From: Actinomycetota bacterium
Lineage (GTDB): Bacteria; Actinomycetota; Acidimicrobiia; Acidimicrobiales; SZUA-35
NCBI GenBank assembly: GCA_039029735.1
Contig: JBCCFL010000019.1
Coordinates: 12,924-76,923, forward strand
DNA length: 64,000 bases
Reading direction: 5' to 3'
Shown here in pieces: positions 62,878-64,000 of this stretch (position 1 is its first letter; the number at the start of each line of letters is the position of its first letter). Made by a program: the position numbers and the translations under genes. The notes beneath the pieces are model-generated. The model ran no database searches and was not told where the DNA came from. It was given only the letters and a program-made list of their open reading frames with translations.

Positions 62878-63749
62878 TGGCGAGCCGGTTCACCGCCCGG
62901 GTCAAGGAGACTCCCCAGAGCGAGCAGTACCGCCTCGACCTGATTGCCGGGCTCACCCACGAGCTCATCCCGCTCAAGTCGGTGGACGCTGCCATCGAGG
63001 CGCTGCCACCGTCGTCGAAGGTGTCGGTCACCTGCTCACCGGTGAAGGGCATCGACACCACGATTGAGCTGACCGACCGGATACGGGCCGCCGGGCACAT
63101 GGCGATTCCCCACATCTCGGCCCGCATGGTGGAAGACGCCGACCACGTGGCTCGGATCGCGGCCTGGCTACGTACCGAAGACGTGGGCACGATGTTCCTC
63201 GTCGGCGGCGACGCCGATCCACCCGGCGCCTATCCCGATGCGATCTCGTTCCTGCGAGATCTGCTGGACGCCGACCCCGGGCTGCGCACCATCGGCGTGA
63301 CCGCCTACCCAGACAGCCATCCGCTCATCGACACCGACGTGTTGCACGAGGCGCTCCACGCCAAGCAGGCCCTGCTCGCGGAGGCGGGCGTCGCCGGCTA
63401 CGCCAGTACCCAGATGTGCTTCGACTCGGGCAAGATCGTGAGCTGGCTCGAACGCGAACGTGCCGCTGGGCTCACGCTGCCGATCCACCTGGGCGTCGCC
63501 GGTGTGGTCGATCGATCGAAGCTGATGACGATGGGCGTGCGCCTCGGCATCGGTTCGTCGCTGCGATATCTGAAGAAGAACCGCAATGCCATCGGCCGAC
63601 TCCTCACGTCGGCGAGCTTCGACCCGAATAAGCTTCTTGTACCACTGAGCCCTCACCTCGAGCCGTTGGCCGTCGAGGGGCTGCACTGTTTCACGTTCAA
63701 TCAGGTCGACGCCACGGTGTCGTGGCAGAAGCGAGTTTTGGAGAGCTGA
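62877..63749 (+). CDS. metF: Methylenetetrahydrofolate reductase family protein
   Basis: ORF 62658..63749 was trimmed to ATG 62877, which overlaps the fhs stop (TGATG). Contains IGVTAYPDSHP, STQMCFD, and AGLTLPIHLGVAG. Confidence 0.65.
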   Translation: MASRFTARVKETPQSEQYRLDLIAGLTHELIPLKSVDAAIEALPPSSKVSVTCSPVKGIDTTIELTDRIRAAGHMAIPHISARMVEDADHVARIAAWLRTEDVGTMFLVGGDADPPGAYPDAISFLRDLLDADPGLRTIGVTAYPDSHPLIDTDVLHEALHAKQALLAEAGVAGYASTQMCFDSGKIVSWLERERAAGLTLPIHLGVAGVVDRSKLMTMGVRLGIGSSLRYLKKNRNAIGRLLTSASFDPNKLLVPLSPHLEPLAVEGLHCFTFNQVDATVSWQKRVLES

Positions 63750-64000
63750 TGCACAATCCGGATCTCGTGTCCCGGACCGTTCCGGAGGGGCACGAGATTC
63801 CGGGCCTCCCCCTCCTGGAGGCCCCCGTCGTCACCGAGACGACCCCTGAGGTGGACCCCGGTTCCGACTACGCTGGTCCACTCCTCGATGCGAGGAGGAA
63901 CACCGCCGCCGCAACGTGGGCGCTGTTCCTCGGCATCGGACTGCTGATGTTGGGCAACGGCCTCCAGGCCACGCTCATCGGCGTGCGCACCCAGGTGGAG
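63749..64000 (+). CDS. MFS-type transporter, 5' fragment (runs off the window)
   Basis: ATG 63749 overlaps the metF stop (TGATG). Sequence is MHNPDLVS...AATWALFLGIGLLMLGNGLQATLIGVRTQVE. Only about 84 codons are visible. Confidence 0.45.
   Translation, partial: MHNPDLVSRTVPEGHEIPGLPLLEAPVVTETTPEVDPGSDYAGPLLDARRNTAAATWALFLGIGLLMLGNGLQATLIGVRTQVE

Overview
This is a gene-dense, high-GC bacterial chromosome segment. GC was judged by eye, not computed. The taxonomic guess of an actinobacterial type rests on a clear mycothione reductase gene. There are no rRNA or tRNA genes, CRISPR arrays, transposases or integrases. Many long ORFs in the supplied track are antisense or out-of-frame artefacts of high GC. 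I used protein motifs, start-codon context and stop/start overlaps to choose the real frames.

Main content, left to right:

1. The 5' 5.2 kb of a giant secreted protein (minus strand, missing from the ORF track because it runs off the window). It carries FG-GAP-like repeats, about 37 tandem PVGAI pentapeptides and a PPC domain.
2. Housekeeping and accessory genes: MaoC-like dehydratase, azlCD, an aminotransferase, a fatty-acid hydroxylase, and a THUMP methyltransferase.
3. A translationally coupled herA-sbcD(mre11)-sbcC(rad50)-nurA-like operon in the archaeal gene order.
4. A NAD-type formate dehydrogenase operon. Its catalytic gene contains an in-frame UGA at the Cys/Sec active-site position, followed by an fdhF-like SECIS loop. 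Its N-terminal Fe-S module is encoded as a separate gene at the far end of the operon.
5. proS, then IclR, TauE and DoxX genes, then a cNMP-binding/ACT/dioxygenase-like trio.
6. A small lower-GC patch encoding a Cys/Trp-rich secreted peptide and a lipoprotein.
7. A large glycine-betaine/one-carbon cluster: Lrp regulator, non-pyrrolysine MttB homolog, two FAD+GcvT amine dehydrogenases, etfBA, CoxL plus a fused CoxM-CoxS, fhs and metF. A roughly 3 kb lower-GC island of unknown membrane proteins interrupts this cluster.

A conserved 37-nt motif with an identical 16-mer (TTCTGCATCGTGGAAC) marks two promoter regions of the C1 cluster. Weaker copies lie upstream of the FDH and lrp-mttB operons.

All functional calls come from by-eye motif recognition. 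No database search was run.
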